From an uncultured delta proteobacterium (lineage in GTDB: Bacteria; Myxococcota_A; Polyangia; Polyangiales; B10-G4), in contig CAVSGI010000015.1 of assembly GCA_963727445.1 (NCBI GenBank), positions 1-64,000 on the forward strand: DNA of 64,000 nt, read 5' to 3'. Position 1 is the stretch's first letter; each line of letters starts with the position of its first letter. A program made the translations under genes and the position numbers. Shown here piece after piece: positions 62,420-64,000 of the stretch. The notes under the pieces are model-generated. The model saw only the letters and a program-made list of their open reading frames with translations, was not told the origin of the DNA and ran no database searches.

Positions 62420-63154
62420 TCAGCGCGTGAGGCGCGCGGAGAGCTCTCGAAGCATGGCCGCGCCTTCACCGTGGAACGACGCTCCGTGCATGCAGGCGAG
62501 GGTCGCCGGATCGGTGGCGGCGACCTTCTCGAGGAGCGCCGCGGTCTGGGCGCCGTGGGCGAAGTAGTCCATCTGGGCCCGCATCTCCTCGCTCGGCTCG
62601 AGGATGTCGCCCTCGGTCACCGGATCGTGAATGTGACCCGGCTGGGTGAAGAGGTCGCCGCAGAGCAGCGTCTTCGTGTTGGCCTCGAAGAGGTAGCCGC
62701 AGTCCCATCCGTGGGGAAGGTGCGGAGCGTCGAGCCACCGCACCGAGTGCTTGCCGAGCTCGAGCATCTCGCCATCGCCCATGCCCTTCGCTTCCCGGTC
62801 CGACATGTCGTCGACAGAGACCATCTTGGCGACCATCCCGCACAGGGGCTGCGCGTTCGGCGCGACCGCCAGGAGCGCGTTCATGCCGCCGCACTCGTCG
62901 GCTTCGGTGTGGGACAGCCCGATGTAGCGGAGCTCGTCGATGGGCAGCACCGTCTCGATGGCCTCGCGCACCAGCGGGGCGAGCTGTCGCAGACCGGTGT
63001 GAAAGAGGAGCGGCGCGTCGTCGTGAATCAGGAACTGGTTGAAGGTGAAGCCAGCGGGCAGGGCCGGGTTCGGCGGGACGGGCGTGCTGATGCGATAGAT
63101 GCCATCAGCGATCTCGGCGATGCTGGTATTCGAATCTCGGTTGGTGATCTTCAT
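62420..63154 (-). CDS. MBL-fold di-iron protein (FprA/ODP-like, no flavodoxin domain)
   Basis: FTFNQFLI, SHTEADECG, PHLPHGW, LLCGDLF, CMHG. Confidence 0.8.
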   Translation of the reverse strand: MKITNRDSNTSIAEIADGIYRISTPVPPNPALPAGFTFNQFLIHDDAPLLFHTGLRQLAPLVREAIETVLPIDELRYIGLSHTEADECGGMNALLAVAPNAQPLCGMVAKMVSVDDMSDREAKGMGDGEMLELGKHSVRWLDAPHLPHGWDCGYLFEANTKTLLCGDLFTQPGHIHDPVTEGDILEPSEEMRAQMDYFAHGAQTAALLEKVAATDPATLACMHGASFHGEGAAMLRELSARLTR

Positions 63155-63242
63155 GGTCTTCTCCTCTGGCTTTGGACGGATCCCTGCCGTTCAGCGAGAC
63201 GCCGGAGCGGGGTGTCGTCGATGTTTCGGTCGTGGGGGTGAA

Positions 63243-63866
63243 TCAGGCAGGCGGAATCAGTCCCGCCTCGCGTGCGTGGGCGATGTCGCATGCAGCGACT
63301 TCGGGATCGGGGGTGGTGCGCGACAGGCTCGGGATCTCCATCGCGCGCTCCAGCCAGCGACTGAGCGTGCGACGGTTCGCGATCGCGCGGGTCGTCTCCG
63401 CGTCGGGGTGCCACAGCGCGAAGCGCGAGAGGATGGGGGCGACGTGAAAGGTCACGAGGCTCGCCACCGGCTCGTCGCCGAGCACCCGCTCGAGAGCATC
63501 GAGCACTTCCTCGAGCCCGCGGGCCGTGCCGCGTCGCATCAGCAGAGGCGCGAGGTGCTCGTCGACGAGAGCCATGACGTAGCGATGTCGCGTCCGTGCC
63601 ACGAGGTCGTCGGGATAGGCCCCGTCGAAGCCGTGGTGCTCGGCGAGGTGCTCGAGCATCACCCGTGACTCGGTGATCACGAGGTCGCCGTGGACCAGGA
63701 GGGGGATCGTTCCGCTCGACGAATACTGCTCCAGGCCGTCGGGCTTTTCTCCCACCGGGGCCTCGCGGCGATCGATCGGTATCGCGAGGTGTTCGGCGAA
63801 GGCGAGGACGCGCTGGGCGAACGGACAGCCGCGGTCGCTGAAGAGGATGGGGGTCGCGGTGATCAC
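63243..63866 (-). CDS. Glutathione S-transferase family protein
   Basis: CPFAQRV, GTIPLL, ITESRVMLEHL. Confidence 0.85.
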   Translation of the reverse strand: MITATPILFSDRGCPFAQRVLAFAEHLAIPIDRREAPVGEKPDGLEQYSSSGTIPLLVHGDLVITESRVMLEHLAEHHGFDGAYPDDLVARTRHRYVMALVDEHLAPLLMRRGTARGLEEVLDALERVLGDEPVASLVTFHVAPILSRFALWHPDAETTRAIANRRTLSRWLERAMEIPSLSRTTPDPEVAACDIAHAREAGLIPPA

Positions 63867-64000
63867 GCGACCGCCGAACGCTTCACGGCTGCTTCTTCGC
63901 GGCGCACGACGCCGCTGTGGTCCTGGCCGTCGCCTGCCTCGAAGACCGGGGCGAGGGTCGCGGTGGTCTCGGGGAAGTAGCGCAGGCGCATCCGCTCGCA
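63863..64000 (-). CDS. 3' end of an unidentified CDS running off the window
   Basis: Open frame CERMRLRYFPETT...KRSAVA*, with the stop overlapping the GST start (GTGA). Confidence 0.5.
   Translation of the reverse strand, partial: CERMRLRYFPETTATLAPVFEAGDGQDHSGVVRREEAAVKRSAVA

Overview
High-GC chromosomal segment. Its gene content (many Cys-rich and D-x-G-linker lipoproteins, an eukaryotic-like Ser/Thr kinase, sigma-54-type promoters) suggests Myxococcota, probably Polyangia/Sandaracinaceae-like; this is an inference. Housekeeping genes (maeB, pssA, pdhABC, gltX, yebC, ruvC, an M16 peptidase pair) are interspersed with many secreted or surface proteins. Main points: (1) an ~11 kb minus-strand operon with a consensus sigma-54 promoter and a terminator encodes a predicted outer-membrane beta-barrel followed by two paralogous ~1,460-1,500 aa metzincin lipoproteins; (2) a 1,082 aa lipoprotein has a vWA domain carrying integrin-beta-like motifs; (3) there are two families of small palindromic repeats, a 27-28 bp GGGGACGGTCTACAC REP-like family linked to duplicated gene ends and a ~112-125 bp hairpin element with compensatory base changes between copies. 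About 13 single-base frameshifts, three of them in pdhB, most likely reflect sequencing or assembly errors. I found no rRNA, tRNA, CRISPR array, transposase or integrase. All calls come from reading motifs by eye; no searches were run.
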